Origin: a virus
Taxonomy: Duplodnaviria; Caudoviricetes
IMG/VR virus record: IMGVR_UViG_3300012953_000209
Coordinates: 1-25,196 of that record
Reading direction: 5' to 3' (one strand)
DNA: 25,196 bases
Numbering within the stretch: the stretch's first letter is position 1; the number at the start of each line of letters is the position of its first letter. Position numbers and translations under genes: made by a program. The notes under the pieces were generated by a model. That model made no database searches and was not told the DNA's origin. It was given only the letters and a program-made list of their open reading frames with translations. This document shows, in pieces, positions 1 to 8,232 of the stretch.

Positions 1-635
1 AAATATTTTGATAATTTTAATCGTTCACAATTTTCGTCTTTTACAGCTTTGCCGCCAGATAGTCCAAATAGTTGTCCTTGAAATGCACCTGAAACTCCAG
101 TTGTACATAAGTCTTGAGAGTAAGACATGATACTAGGTGCAATAGCAGAAGCAGGTGGTGAGTTAATATCTTGTTCTATTTTTTGAGTAGAACTTGAAGT
201 ATTGTTATTAGTATTAGTCGCAGTATTATTATTGGTATTGACGTTTTGATTATTAGTGCTGACTGTGCTTGTACTTGTGCTAGTGTTGTTGTTAATTGAA
301 TTATTAGTATTTGTATTGGTATTGGTATTAGTTACAGTTTGAGTAGCGGTAGAATTAACAGTGCTAGTGCTAGTATTAATATTGGTATTTAAATTAGTGT
401 TGGTATTTGTGTTAGTAGAAACATTCGTATTGCTATTTGTATTGGTATTCGTGTTGAGATTAGTGTTGTTATTTGTATTATTATTGGTGTTGGTATTTGC
501 AGTAGTAGTAGTATTAACAGTATTCAAACTGTTGCCTTCACAATATTGAGAACCCATGACGCAATCACCAGTTTGGTCAGCTGATAAAAATAAAGGCATT
601 AACAAAAAAATGCTGTATATGGTTAATTTTTTCAT
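1..635 (-). CDS. Secreted Asn/Thr-rich protein, runs off the window edge (3' partial); missing from the ORF track
   Basis: Hand translation from ATG 635: MKKLTIYSIFLLMPLFLSA|DQTGDCVMGSQYCEGNSLN...(NT)n...PPASAIAPSIMSYSQDLCTTGVSGAFQGQLFGLSGGKAVKDENCERLKLSKY. Signal-peptide-like N-terminus; start abuts the stop of the upstream gene at 636. Confidence 0.85.
   Translation of the reverse strand, partial: MKKLTIYSIFLLMPLFLSADQTGDCVMGSQYCEGNSLNTVNTTTTANTNTNNNTNNNTNLNTNTNTNSNTNVSTNTNTNTNLNTNINTSTSTVNSTATQTVTNTNTNTNTNNSINNNTSTSTSTVSTNNQNVNTNNNTATNTNNNTSSSTQKIEQDINSPPASAIAPSIMSYSQDLCTTGVSGAFQGQLFGLSGGKAVKDENCERLKLSKY
200..530 (-). repeat. Low-complexity Asn/Thr coding repeat
   Basis: Degenerate hexamer-like repeats (gtattg/gtatta/gtgttg on the + strand) encoding alternating N and T. 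Confidence 0.9.
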
Positions 636-1199
636 TTAATCGAATTGATTTATTACATACTTTAACCAAAAAACTAATAAAAATCTATCTCCATCTTTTA
701 CTGTAAGTCCTCTATGAAGGTTTATAAAACTCGGAAATATTAAAGCAGATCCAGTTGGTAATGGCTTTATGATGCCTTTTTTCCAAAATTCAGTACCACC
801 TCCAGTGTATTTGCCAGTGTTTAAGGGTATAACCACGCTAACATCAGAGTTGTAGTCGTGGTGCCAATTACCTTCTTTTATAGTTTTAGGATTGTAATTT
901 GCTACTTGTACATGACCTGTATTTGTTATTTGCTTCCAAAGGTGCATAAAAACATTATTAAGATTATCTCTCACGACCAATTCCATTAACATTTTAGTGG
1001 TGTCTAAACACTTGGTATTAAAAGTACATTCTGGCATTTGCCGCAGACTGTCTTCTTTTGGATTTGTTTCAAACCCTAATTCTTTTGCCTTATTAATTAT
1101 ATGTGTGCAAAATTCTTCTTCTAAAATTGGGATTGTATAAACTTCTTTAAGCGGTTCTTTTAAATTTTCTAAAAGAAAATCTTTTGAAATTATCTCCAC
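636..1199 (-). CDS. 2OG-Fe(II) oxygenase (prolyl/lysyl hydroxylase-like)
   Basis: HxD in WHHDYNSDVSVVIPLN, GGGTEF, distal His in LHRG and 2OG-binding Arg in GDRFLLVFW; resembles the PLOD-type catalytic domain. Confidence 0.9.
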   Translation of the reverse strand: MEIISKDFLLENLKEPLKEVYTIPILEEEFCTHIINKAKELGFETNPKEDSLRQMPECTFNTKCLDTTKMLMELVVRDNLNNVFMHLWKQITNTGHVQVANYNPKTIKEGNWHHDYNSDVSVVIPLNTGKYTGGGTEFWKKGIIKPLPTGSALIFPSFINLHRGLTVKDGDRFLLVFWLKYVINQFD

Positions 1200-1768
1200 A
1201 AAGGCCCATCAATCCAGGTGACTAAACTTTTTCTTGCGCCTTTAGTTACTGGCGTAACTCTATGCCCTAGTACCGAAGGAAATATTAGTACTGCACCTTT
1301 TTTTCTTAATAAATTTTTATCAGGTATGTTAGGAGCATAATGTTTATCAAATTCAAAATCTCCACCCTCATAATCATCACTATCTGACAGCTGTATAGTC
1401 ATGCTTAATTTTCTATGCACCATTCTTTCTGTTTGCAAAAAAGTGTCCATGTGAAAATCGTAATGCCCTTTATTTTCTGCTTCATAAAGAGTGTGTTGAA
1501 TATCGGTAATCGAGCTAATATTAGCGCCAAAGATTTCTTGATTTGCTTGTTGAAAAAAATAATGAAGTAAATTTAATAAACTTTGCGATTGCGGGGAGTC
1601 TGTTTTTATCCATCTTATTTTTGCTCGTCTTTTTTCTTGGTTTATTTCTGCTGCTTTTTCAAAACCTGTTTGTCCAACAGTCTGTTCAAATTGTTCAGCT
1701 AATGAATTTATTTCATCAACTACTTTTTCAGTAATTCCTTGTTCCCAAAATTGCCACAACGCTTTCAA
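1190..1768 (-). CDS. 2OG-Fe(II) oxygenase (PKHD/P4H-type)
   Basis: YDFHMD, RKLSMTIQLS, YEGGDF, FPS..HRVTPVTKGARKSLVTW motifs; TTG start with AGGAG RBS 7 nt upstream. Confidence 0.93.
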   Translation of the reverse strand: MKALWQFWEQGITEKVVDEINSLAEQFEQTVGQTGFEKAAEINQEKRRAKIRWIKTDSPQSQSLLNLLHYFFQQANQEIFGANISSITDIQHTLYEAENKGHYDFHMDTFLQTERMVHRKLSMTIQLSDSDDYEGGDFEFDKHYAPNIPDKNLLRKKGAVLIFPSVLGHRVTPVTKGARKSLVTWIDGPLWR

Positions 1769-1988
1769 TTTCTACTCCTAATAAATAATATAAAATTGGC
1801 CCATACGGTATGTCTGTACCAAATAAATAATTAATTACCCAAATACCTCCATTAATTATAACAACTTTTGTACCTATAACTATAAATACTATCCACCCTA
1901 GAGTTTTTAAAGCTCCATTTTTAAAATAATAATTTTTAAGCTTAGTGAGTATTGGAAAGTTCCAAGTTATATTTTTGGTAATATTCAT
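1728..1988 (-). CDS. Small hypothetical membrane protein
   Basis: 86 aa with hydrophobic segments (LGWIVFIVIGTKVVIINGGIWVINYLF; ILYYLLGV); fills the gap between two genes on the same strand with 41-47 nt overlaps. Confidence 0.6.
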   Translation of the reverse strand: MNITKNITWNFPILTKLKNYYFKNGALKTLGWIVFIVIGTKVVIINGGIWVINYLFGTDIPYGPILYYLLGVEIESVVAILGTRNY

Positions 1989-2730
1989 TATATATTTTTG
2001 GTTTTTGAAAATTAAATTGTTTTCTTAAAGCGTGTACGTTTTTATTTAAAAATTCCAATGGTCCATAAAAAACAAAAGCAGGATCTATTTTCTTGGCTAT
2101 TTTTAGACATTCTAACCAACACCTAAAAGGTAAAAAACTTTTGGTAGTTCGCATAACTTTTATCATGCCAAAAAAACCAACTAAGTGAGCCTGTTTCAAA
2201 TTGAAACATTTAGCCGTAATAGTTTGCACTAACGCCTCCCCCAAAGGATCGGTGTGGTAGCCAGATAAAACGTGCCAATTGTCATGTGTTAATAAAGCGT
2301 GTCTTGACGCATTTGTTCTGATCTCGTCTATAAATGATGTTGCTCTTGACTCCTCTTCGGTAAATCTTTGTTCATACAAATCTTGTATGCCAAAATCTTT
2401 TACTAACTGATAGTATCTATAACCAACGGTATCTTTGTCTAATTTTTTTAAATTAGCAAAATCCATAAGTTTTGGTATTACTTCTCTATCTACAAAATCT
2501 TTGTCGTTATGATTTCTACCCCACAAAACGTCTCTGCCTTTTTTTGATCTACGATTTCTTAAAGTCATAATAAAACCAAAAGGGAAGTTTAGTTCTCGAT
2601 ACAAACTCAAAACATTATTTATTCTCACCTCACCGCTACTATCTTTCTCGACAGGCTCTAGATCAGATCCCTCTCCATATTCAGTTAAAATAAAATGAAT
2701 ACTTTTAGTTATCTTGATTGGATTCCACAA
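1942..2730 (-). CDS. Coq4-like metal-binding protein
   Basis: HDNWH-x11-E (HDNWHVLSGYHTDPLGE, 2236..2286) matches the Coq4 HDxxH-x11-E motif; upstream LKKLDKDTVGYRYYQL matches the Coq4 L..LP..TLG..Y block. Confidence 0.8.
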   Translation of the reverse strand: MWNPIKITKSIHFILTEYGEGSDLEPVEKDSSGEVRINNVLSLYRELNFPFGFIMTLRNRRSKKGRDVLWGRNHNDKDFVDREVIPKLMDFANLKKLDKDTVGYRYYQLVKDFGIQDLYEQRFTEEESRATSFIDEIRTNASRHALLTHDNWHVLSGYHTDPLGEALVQTITAKCFNLKQAHLVGFFGMIKVMRTTKSFLPFRCWLECLKIAKKIDPAFVFYGPLEFLNKNVHALRKQFNFQKPKIYNEYYQKYNLELSNTH

Positions 2731-2731
2731 A

Positions 2732-3427
2732 TTATTTACCTACTATAAGCAATCTAGCTGTATTTGAACTATTGTTTGTAACATTGACAGCGGAGCTTGT
2801 TAATTTTTTGATGCTGTATTGAGGAATATCTGTAGAGCCAATCTTGCAAGTTTCACTAAATAATACATAAGTTGTAGTGCCATGTTTGGTGACTTCTTTA
2901 GTTTGACCTGTGGGAATGTCAATAATTTTTCCAGAATAATCTGGATTGCTAGTAACCGTACAGAGAAAAACTGTGTCGTCTGCTAAAGATTCAATTGTAG
3001 CTTTTGCTTGAAGCTGCCACTGAATTTGTAAATCCTGCATTGTTGTACAGTTACCGTCATACTCGTATGTAAAATTAAAATTCTTGTTAGCTAAAGCATC
3101 AGCAATACTTGACTCACTATAATTTGTTGATGTTTTGATAGGATCGTTTTCATTTAATTCGACAAACTTTTCTAAATCAGATTGAGTTATATCACCATCA
3201 TTTTCCCATGACCAAGAAGTTTTTACTTTACCTTTCATCAAAGAAGTTCTTAATGCACATTTAATTACATTACTATTATCAGTGTTAGCAGTGAGTAAAT
3301 TACTTGACAAGTCAGACATAGAATCTCTAGTCATAGTCACGCCTGTATTTCCAAACATAAAAGTAAACATCAGATCATCTTCTGGCTTGTAACCTGTAAT
3401 GTTTGTAAAGTTATTGACTACTGCCAT
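2732..3427 (-). CDS. Hypothetical protein, possible pirin/cupin-like beta fold
   Basis: 231 aa; C-terminal IIDIPTGQTKEV...TYVLFS..CKIG..DI.....KL....VNVTN....ARLLIVG resembles a pirin C-terminal cupin (by eye only). Confidence 0.5.
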   Translation of the reverse strand: MAVVNNFTNITGYKPEDDLMFTFMFGNTGVTMTRDSMSDLSSNLLTANTDNSNVIKCALRTSLMKGKVKTSWSWENDGDITQSDLEKFVELNENDPIKTSTNYSESSIADALANKNFNFTYEYDGNCTTMQDLQIQWQLQAKATIESLADDTVFLCTVTSNPDYSGKIIDIPTGQTKEVTKHGTTTYVLFSETCKIGSTDIPQYSIKKLTSSAVNVTNNSSNTARLLIVGK

Positions 3428-3428
3428 C

Positions 3429-3656
3429 TTATATTTCCTCAGTTTCAGAAGTGTCTAATGCTACATCTACTGTAACTTGTTTTTCTGTTTCTGTTTTGTT
3501 ATTTTCAATTTTTGTGTTGTCTAGTTTTGTTTCTGATAATGTTTCATCAACATCACCATTTGAATCCAATACCGCTTTTATTTCTATAAAAGAGCCATCA
3601 GCAAAAGTTTTACCCACTTTTTTTATTCCGTTGTCCTCTCTAATAACTATAGCCAT
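3429..3656 (-). CDS. Small acidic hypothetical protein (tail-fibre locus)
   Basis: Likely start at ATG 3656 (MAIVIRED..., 75 aa), 2 nt after the upstream stop. Confidence 0.7.
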   Translation of the reverse strand: MAIVIREDNGIKKVGKTFADGSFIEIKAVLDSNGDVDETLSETKLDNTKIENNKTETEKQVTVDVALDTSETEEI

Positions 3657-3658
3657 AA

Positions 3659-4279
3659 CTAATCGCAATCAAAAGTTTGAGTTCTAGTTCCAGAGCCAGG
3701 GGTGGGCGGTTGAGTAAATCCTGGTGAATTAGATGGCCATGTCCAAGAGTGTATAGGATTAGGCGAAGATGGAGAAATAGCGTAATTAGCATCAGAACGC
3801 TGTAAAGTTGAACTGCCATCTGTGGTAAATTTAAAACTGTTAAGATCAGTATTCATAGAATCAGCAGAAGCATGAAATATTTGACAAGTAAATGTAAAGG
3901 TAGAAGGTTGCCCTTTTGGGGTTGTTACTGGATAACCTAAACCTGAAATTGTTGCAGCTTTGAAAACTCTACCGTTATCAGGAGTAGAATCGCTTAAACT
4001 ACCTGCTATACCTGTCTGAAAACCTCGAAAAGTGGTACTTGCAATACTAGCTGAACCTGCGGTAATAGTTGTTGACCAAACCTCTGAAGTGTTTTCTGCG
4101 CCTCTAAAATCGTTTACAGATATTGTGCCAGAAGTAGGTACACCATTAGGTGCAAAAACCCCTAAATCAGCTTTGGTTAAACTGCCACCAGAATAGTATT
4201 CGTTAAGAGAGACAGGATTACTGCCGCCAAACTCTGTTTGTATATCTGAAAAACTTGCTGCACCTGTTGGAACTGCCAC
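3659..4279 (-). CDS. Putative tail-fibre tip adhesin / receptor-binding protein
   Basis: N-terminus SFSDIQTEFGGSNPVSLNEYY...VPTSGTISVNDFRG resembles small proteins encoded after chaperone-processed fibres; start overlaps the fibre stop (TAGTG). Confidence 0.65.
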   Translation of the reverse strand: MAVPTGAASFSDIQTEFGGSNPVSLNEYYSGGSLTKADLGVFAPNGVPTSGTISVNDFRGAENTSEVWSTTITAGSASIASTTFRGFQTGIAGSLSDSTPDNGRVFKAATISGLGYPVTTPKGQPSTFTFTCQIFHASADSMNTDLNSFKFTTDGSSTLQRSDANYAISPSSPNPIHSWTWPSNSPGFTQPPTPGSGTRTQTFDCD

Positions 4280-5760
4280 TATTTATTCTCCAGTTCTTTA
4301 ACCCTCGCAGATAGTTCTTTGACTGCTTCAATTAATACTGCTGTTATTCTGCTGTAATCAACCGACTTAGTACCCATTTCATCATTAGCAGTTAAAACTA
4401 TTTCAGGTAAAATCTTTTCTACTTCTTGAGCTATGACACCTATTTCTTCTCTATCGTCTCTGGTATACGTCACACCTCTAAGTTGTTCTACTTTAGATAA
4501 ACCATCTTCAAGCGTTACAATATTATCTTTTAGTCTTTCGTCTGAAAAGGCAGTGACGTTGTTATTAAAGGTTGCTGCACCAGCCTCTGACATATCAAGC
4601 GTAAGAGCAGTAATTTCACTACCACCATCGTTGCCTTTAAATAGAATGTCTTTGTCTGAAACTTTAGATTCAAATGCATAATTTGAACTTGCCATATTAA
4701 TACCACCAACTTCTGTACCAGCATCTTTAAATTGTATTTCACCATCATCAGCATCAAGTATTATTGTGTTATGACAGTCAACAGTTAAATTACCATTATT
4801 TGTAAATATACTTCCGTGAGTTCCATCTGAAGTAAGTATTAAGTCTCCTCCTGCTCCCATACGCAAAAGTCCGTTGTCTACCATTTCTATATCGTGGTTA
4901 AATTGTGCTGTGCCAGCTTCGGAACTATCTATAGTAAGTGCTGTGATGCTTGAGCCACCATCATTAACTTTAAAAAGCATATCGGCATCTGACCTTTCAC
5001 TTTTTACAATAAAGTTTGTGCCATCATTTTCTAAAGAACCAAATTGTGTGCCGTCATCTTTTAAATTTATATCTCCACCACCACAATCTAAAGCAATATC
5101 ACCAGCAACATCTATTGTTAAATCGCCACTAGATAAATCTATTTCTGTACCGTCAATAGTTATATTATCGACTATTACACCTGCGTTGGCAGTAACTGCA
5201 CCAGTCACGCCAAGAGTGCTGCTTAAGGTCGTAGCTCCTGTTACTCCTAATGTTTCGCCTATTGTAGCTAATCCACCTATAGCAACATCATCTGTTACTG
5301 TTAAATCGTCTTGAACTTTAAGATCTACTGTTGAAAGACTAGCAAACGCATCAACTACAGCAGCACCCGAACCTGCACCGTCTAAATAAACTGCTTTAGT
5401 GTCCCCAGGTGGAATAGTTACGTTAGCACCACTACCTTGAGAAATAATTATATTTTGTGATCCGCTAGTGCCGTTTTCTATAAACTGCATCCTGCTAATG
5501 GTGTTAGGTCCTATAGTAATAGTACAAGCAGAATCTAACGTACCTGTATATTTAAGATACATAGCTCTACCAGGATCAGTTGATCCATCTGCTACTGTTG
5601 TAGTGTGAGTGTCAGCATTAGTAGTGATAGCTTCTGTACCAAAACTTAAAGCCTCTCCTATTAATTCTAGATTAGTATTAGTAACGGTACCCCATGATCC
5701 TGATTGATCACCAGTACCCATTTCATTTAATCGTAAGTCGTTTACAAATGTGCTTGCCAT
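4279..5760 (-). CDS. Tail fibre protein with C-terminal peptidase S74 intramolecular chaperone
   Basis: G/T/D-rich beta repeats; SDERLKDNI autocleavage motif, GVIAQEVEKILPE, VDYSRITAVLIEAVKEL coiled coil (4279..4545). Confidence 0.92.
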   Translation of the reverse strand: MASTFVNDLRLNEMGTGDQSGSWGTVTNTNLELIGEALSFGTEAITTNADTHTTTVADGSTDPGRAMYLKYTGTLDSACTITIGPNTISRMQFIENGTSGSQNIIISQGSGANVTIPPGDTKAVYLDGAGSGAAVVDAFASLSTVDLKVQDDLTVTDDVAIGGLATIGETLGVTGATTLSSTLGVTGAVTANAGVIVDNITIDGTEIDLSSGDLTIDVAGDIALDCGGGDINLKDDGTQFGSLENDGTNFIVKSERSDADMLFKVNDGGSSITALTIDSSEAGTAQFNHDIEMVDNGLLRMGAGGDLILTSDGTHGSIFTNNGNLTVDCHNTIILDADDGEIQFKDAGTEVGGINMASSNYAFESKVSDKDILFKGNDGGSEITALTLDMSEAGAATFNNNVTAFSDERLKDNIVTLEDGLSKVEQLRGVTYTRDDREEIGVIAQEVEKILPEIVLTANDEMGTKSVDYSRITAVLIEAVKELSARVKELENK

Positions 5761-5773
5761 TATCTTACCTCAG

Positions 5774-5785
5774 ATATTATAAGTT
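5774..5785 (-). promoter_or_regulatory. Putative promoter -10 region (AACTTATAATAT) upstream of the tail fibre gene
   Basis: Perfect TATAAT in an intergenic gap, followed by a GAGGT RBS; identical 12-mer at 13242..13253. Confidence 0.5.
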
Positions 5786-5822
5786 TAAATATTATCATAT
5801 AAATAAATTAATTTTAATTTTT

Positions 5823-6524
5823 TTAAGCAGCCACATCATCCCAATTAGGACTTTGTGTGTCTGTTATTTCACTAAAACTTGAACTTTGAGTAGATGAAAC
5901 TTCACTAAAGTTAGAACTTTGATCATCATCTACTAACCCCCAAACCAATAATATACCTACAGCGCTAGAACCTTCTAGACCTACAAGCAAGACATTAGCT
6001 TTACATATATTTGTAATAGATCCTAAAGAACTGGTGGAGTTTAAACCTGAAATAGATACTACAGCATTATGATGTACCGTTATGCTACCTAAAGATGCAG
6101 TAACGCTGACCCCAGACAAAGCAACATTCGCTTCACCATCTACGTCAACAGAAACAGATCCTAGTGTTGAAACAGCTCCTGTCGCATTAGCTACTGCTTG
6201 AGCATTTACCCCAACGCCTCCAATAGCAGATGTGCTTGATAAGCCTGATAAACTTAAATTTGCTTTTGCTATAGTGCTTGTAGAGCCAATAGCTGAAGTA
6301 GCAGATTGACCTGATACATTAACTTGAACACCAAATTTTAAAGATATAGTGCCTAAAGCAGAAGTAGCAACTAATGAAGTAGGAATTATGTTTGCTTCTG
6401 CATCTGTGCTAACAGAGCCTAAAGCAGATGTGGCGGCTACGCTTGATAAAGTAAAACTGACAGAAACTGCAGCAGGTTGACCCCAAGGACCTTCGCTCCA
6501 CCCAGCTCGACCCCAGCCAGACAT
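5823..6524 (-). CDS. Ser/Ala/Val-rich virion structural (tail-associated) protein
   Basis: WGRAGWSEGPWG N-terminus; degenerate ~25-aa repeats (V.GxSATSAxGS); lies directly upstream of the tail fibre. Confidence 0.7.
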   Translation of the reverse strand: MSGWGRAGWSEGPWGQPAAVSVSFTLSSVAATSALGSVSTDAEANIIPTSLVATSALGTISLKFGVQVNVSGQSATSAIGSTSTIAKANLSLSGLSSTSAIGGVGVNAQAVANATGAVSTLGSVSVDVDGEANVALSGVSVTASLGSITVHHNAVVSISGLNSTSSLGSITNICKANVLLVGLEGSSAVGILLVWGLVDDDQSSNFSEVSSTQSSSFSEITDTQSPNWDDVAA

Positions 6525-6527
6525 TTA

Positions 6528-6953
6528 CTAAGCTATTCTTATAATAGCAGTAGAAGCTGCTTTAGCAGGAAATACAATTGTGAAGTCTCCAGCTGTTGAA
6601 GTTTTATCGCCTCCAAAATCTATAGTAGCTACTGATTTATCGCTATTGGTATCGTTATAAATCATACAACCTCTGGCTGTTATAGTAGCTGTGCTAAAAG
6701 TTAAATCAGAAAAATCTGTAACTGCTGTAGTACCAGTAGCTGTTGGAGTAACATTTGTTAGAGCTGCTCCGCCTGAACTATAATTAGTTCCAGATACTTG
6801 TTGAGATGTCGTAAAAGAAGTTGTAGTAGCTCCTAAAGTAGCACTACTTGTATATAAAGCTAATTTAAAAGAATTACCACCTGAACTAAAATTATGTGTA
6901 CCTTTCAAAAGGTCTACTTTAAAACTTGTTGTTAGAGTTGATGTAATTGCCAT
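6528..6953 (-). CDS. Virion structural (tail) protein
   Basis: Thr-rich; SFKVDLLKGTHNF...FKLALYT...DFGGDKTST pattern typical of phage tail-region proteins. Confidence 0.7.
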   Translation of the reverse strand: MAITSTLTTSFKVDLLKGTHNFSSGGNSFKLALYTSSATLGATTTSFTTSQQVSGTNYSSGGAALTNVTPTATGTTAVTDFSDLTFSTATITARGCMIYNDTNSDKSVATIDFGGDKTSTAGDFTIVFPAKAASTAIIRIA

Positions 6954-6955
6954 TT

Positions 6956-7255
6956 TTATATCCTTTTAATAATTTTTGCTAAATCTTCTCCGTCATTTTT
7001 AATTAATTCTTGAATAAGAGTAGCTTTATAAGATTTTAAAGCATTTTTTATGTAAATCAAACAAACTTTGTAAATTAAATCTTTGTAAGCTTTAGCTTGT
7101 TCTTGCACATGAGGATCTGCATCTTTTGAATAGCCACATATTTTATCTACCAATTGTTCTGCCCAAAACTCGGGAGAATGTCCGCCAAATTTAGTTGTCG
7201 AAACTTCTACCATTCCTAACTCAGGCACTCCATCTGGAGTAATTTTAATAACCAT
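6956..7255 (-). CDS. Hypothetical phage protein
   Basis: 99-aa ORF tightly packed in the operon. Confidence 0.75.
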   Translation of the reverse strand: MVIKITPDGVPELGMVEVSTTKFGGHSPEFWAEQLVDKICGYSKDADPHVQEQAKAYKDLIYKVCLIYIKNALKSYKATLIQELIKNDGEDLAKIIKRI

Positions 7256-7257
7256 AA

Positions 7258-7491
7258 TTATTCATCTAGTATTTTAACTTCATCTTCTGTTTCTATTACT
7301 ACTCTAGCTCCACAAGGCAAAATAGGCTTGTCGTTACCTCCGTATCTCACTACAGAATTACCTAGTATTTCTACAGCATGACAATAAGTATTAGTTTTAC
7401 CTTTTTTTACAGTAATAACAGGCTCATTAGTTTTATTTTTTAAATTAGCTTTAATTTTGTGTTGATTTACATGAATATAAGTTTTTACCAT
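7258..7491 (-). CDS. Hypothetical phage protein
   Basis: 77-aa ORF (IHVNQHKI...LPCGARVVIET) overlapping the upstream stop. Confidence 0.75.
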   Translation of the reverse strand: MVKTYIHVNQHKIKANLKNKTNEPVITVKKGKTNTYCHAVEILGNSVVRYGGNDKPILPCGARVVIETEDEVKILDE

Positions 7492-8222
7492 TTTTTAGGT
7501 TCTCCTACTACTAAAGGGTCATTTCTATCTACCATAATTCTTTTATAATTTGGTTGCGGAGTTTTTTCCATAAATTCGCTTTTTTTCATACACTTTAAAT
7601 TTTTATCATCATCTAGCACAACTACCAAAGGATCTTTTAATCTATGATACCCGTAAAGTTTATCTTCTGCATTTTCATTGGTATCTAACAAAGCAGAGCT
7701 TTTTGCTATCTCTATTTGAATATTTTTGTGCATACATTTATCTAGCCAAAATTCTACACAACCTCTACCAGCTTCAGCAAAATGCAAATTACCTTTGTAA
7801 CTAAAATCTATACCAAACAAGCTAATAGCACCTACTTCTTGCCAAAATCCATAAGCAATAGCATAAGCAACTGTATTGTTTAGATAATAACAATGAGATT
7901 CTTCAACAATTTCGGTTATAGGGTAGTCAACTACACCAGGACATCTATCATCTGTTTCACAAGAATATATAGGACCTTTGTGAGTTGTTAAAAGCTTTCT
8001 CATACTTGCGGTTTGGCCGCCAGCATCATCACTATCTAAAAATCTAGCTGGTGGGTCCATCATAAAAACCCGATCATGAAAAATAACTGAAGCTACAGAG
8101 TTTATCGCCCAAACTTCATCAAAATGTTGCCCATGTGATTTTGCTAAATTGTAATCGTGCCAGCTTTGACCCATACCTACTATAGCAATAGTTTTCCCTT
8201 TAAGAGATATATCTTTAGCCAT
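7485..8222 (-). CDS. Putative Cst-II (GT42)/Maf-like glycosyltransferase-fold protein
   Basis: IAIVGMGQS, EVWAINS and NTVAYAIAYG...ISLFGIDFSY parallel the Cst-II blocks IIAGNGPS, DVFRCN and TSG...IYLSGIDFY; GGAGG RBS. Confidence 0.55.
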   Translation of the reverse strand: MAKDISLKGKTIAIVGMGQSWHDYNLAKSHGQHFDEVWAINSVASVIFHDRVFMMDPPARFLDSDDAGGQTASMRKLLTTHKGPIYSCETDDRCPGVVDYPITEIVEESHCYYLNNTVAYAIAYGFWQEVGAISLFGIDFSYKGNLHFAEAGRGCVEFWLDKCMHKNIQIEIAKSSALLDTNENAEDKLYGYHRLKDPLVVVLDDDKNLKCMKKSEFMEKTPQPNYKRIMVDRNDPLVVGEPKKW

Positions 8223-8232
8223 AATCTGCCTC

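Noticed and set aside
361-549. Plus-strand 62-aa Val/Leu ORF that looks like a membrane peptide
   Set aside because: It is the antisense shadow of the Asn/Thr repeat in gene 1..635.
4530-4757. Alternate-frame minus-strand ORF inside the tail fibre
   Set aside because: It is fully nested, with no RBS or evident slippery site and no recognisable protein features.
4555-5124. Tail-fibre repeats as a diversity-generating retroelement TR/VR pair
   Set aside because: Differences are spread over all bases rather than adenine-specific, and no reverse transcriptase is in the window.
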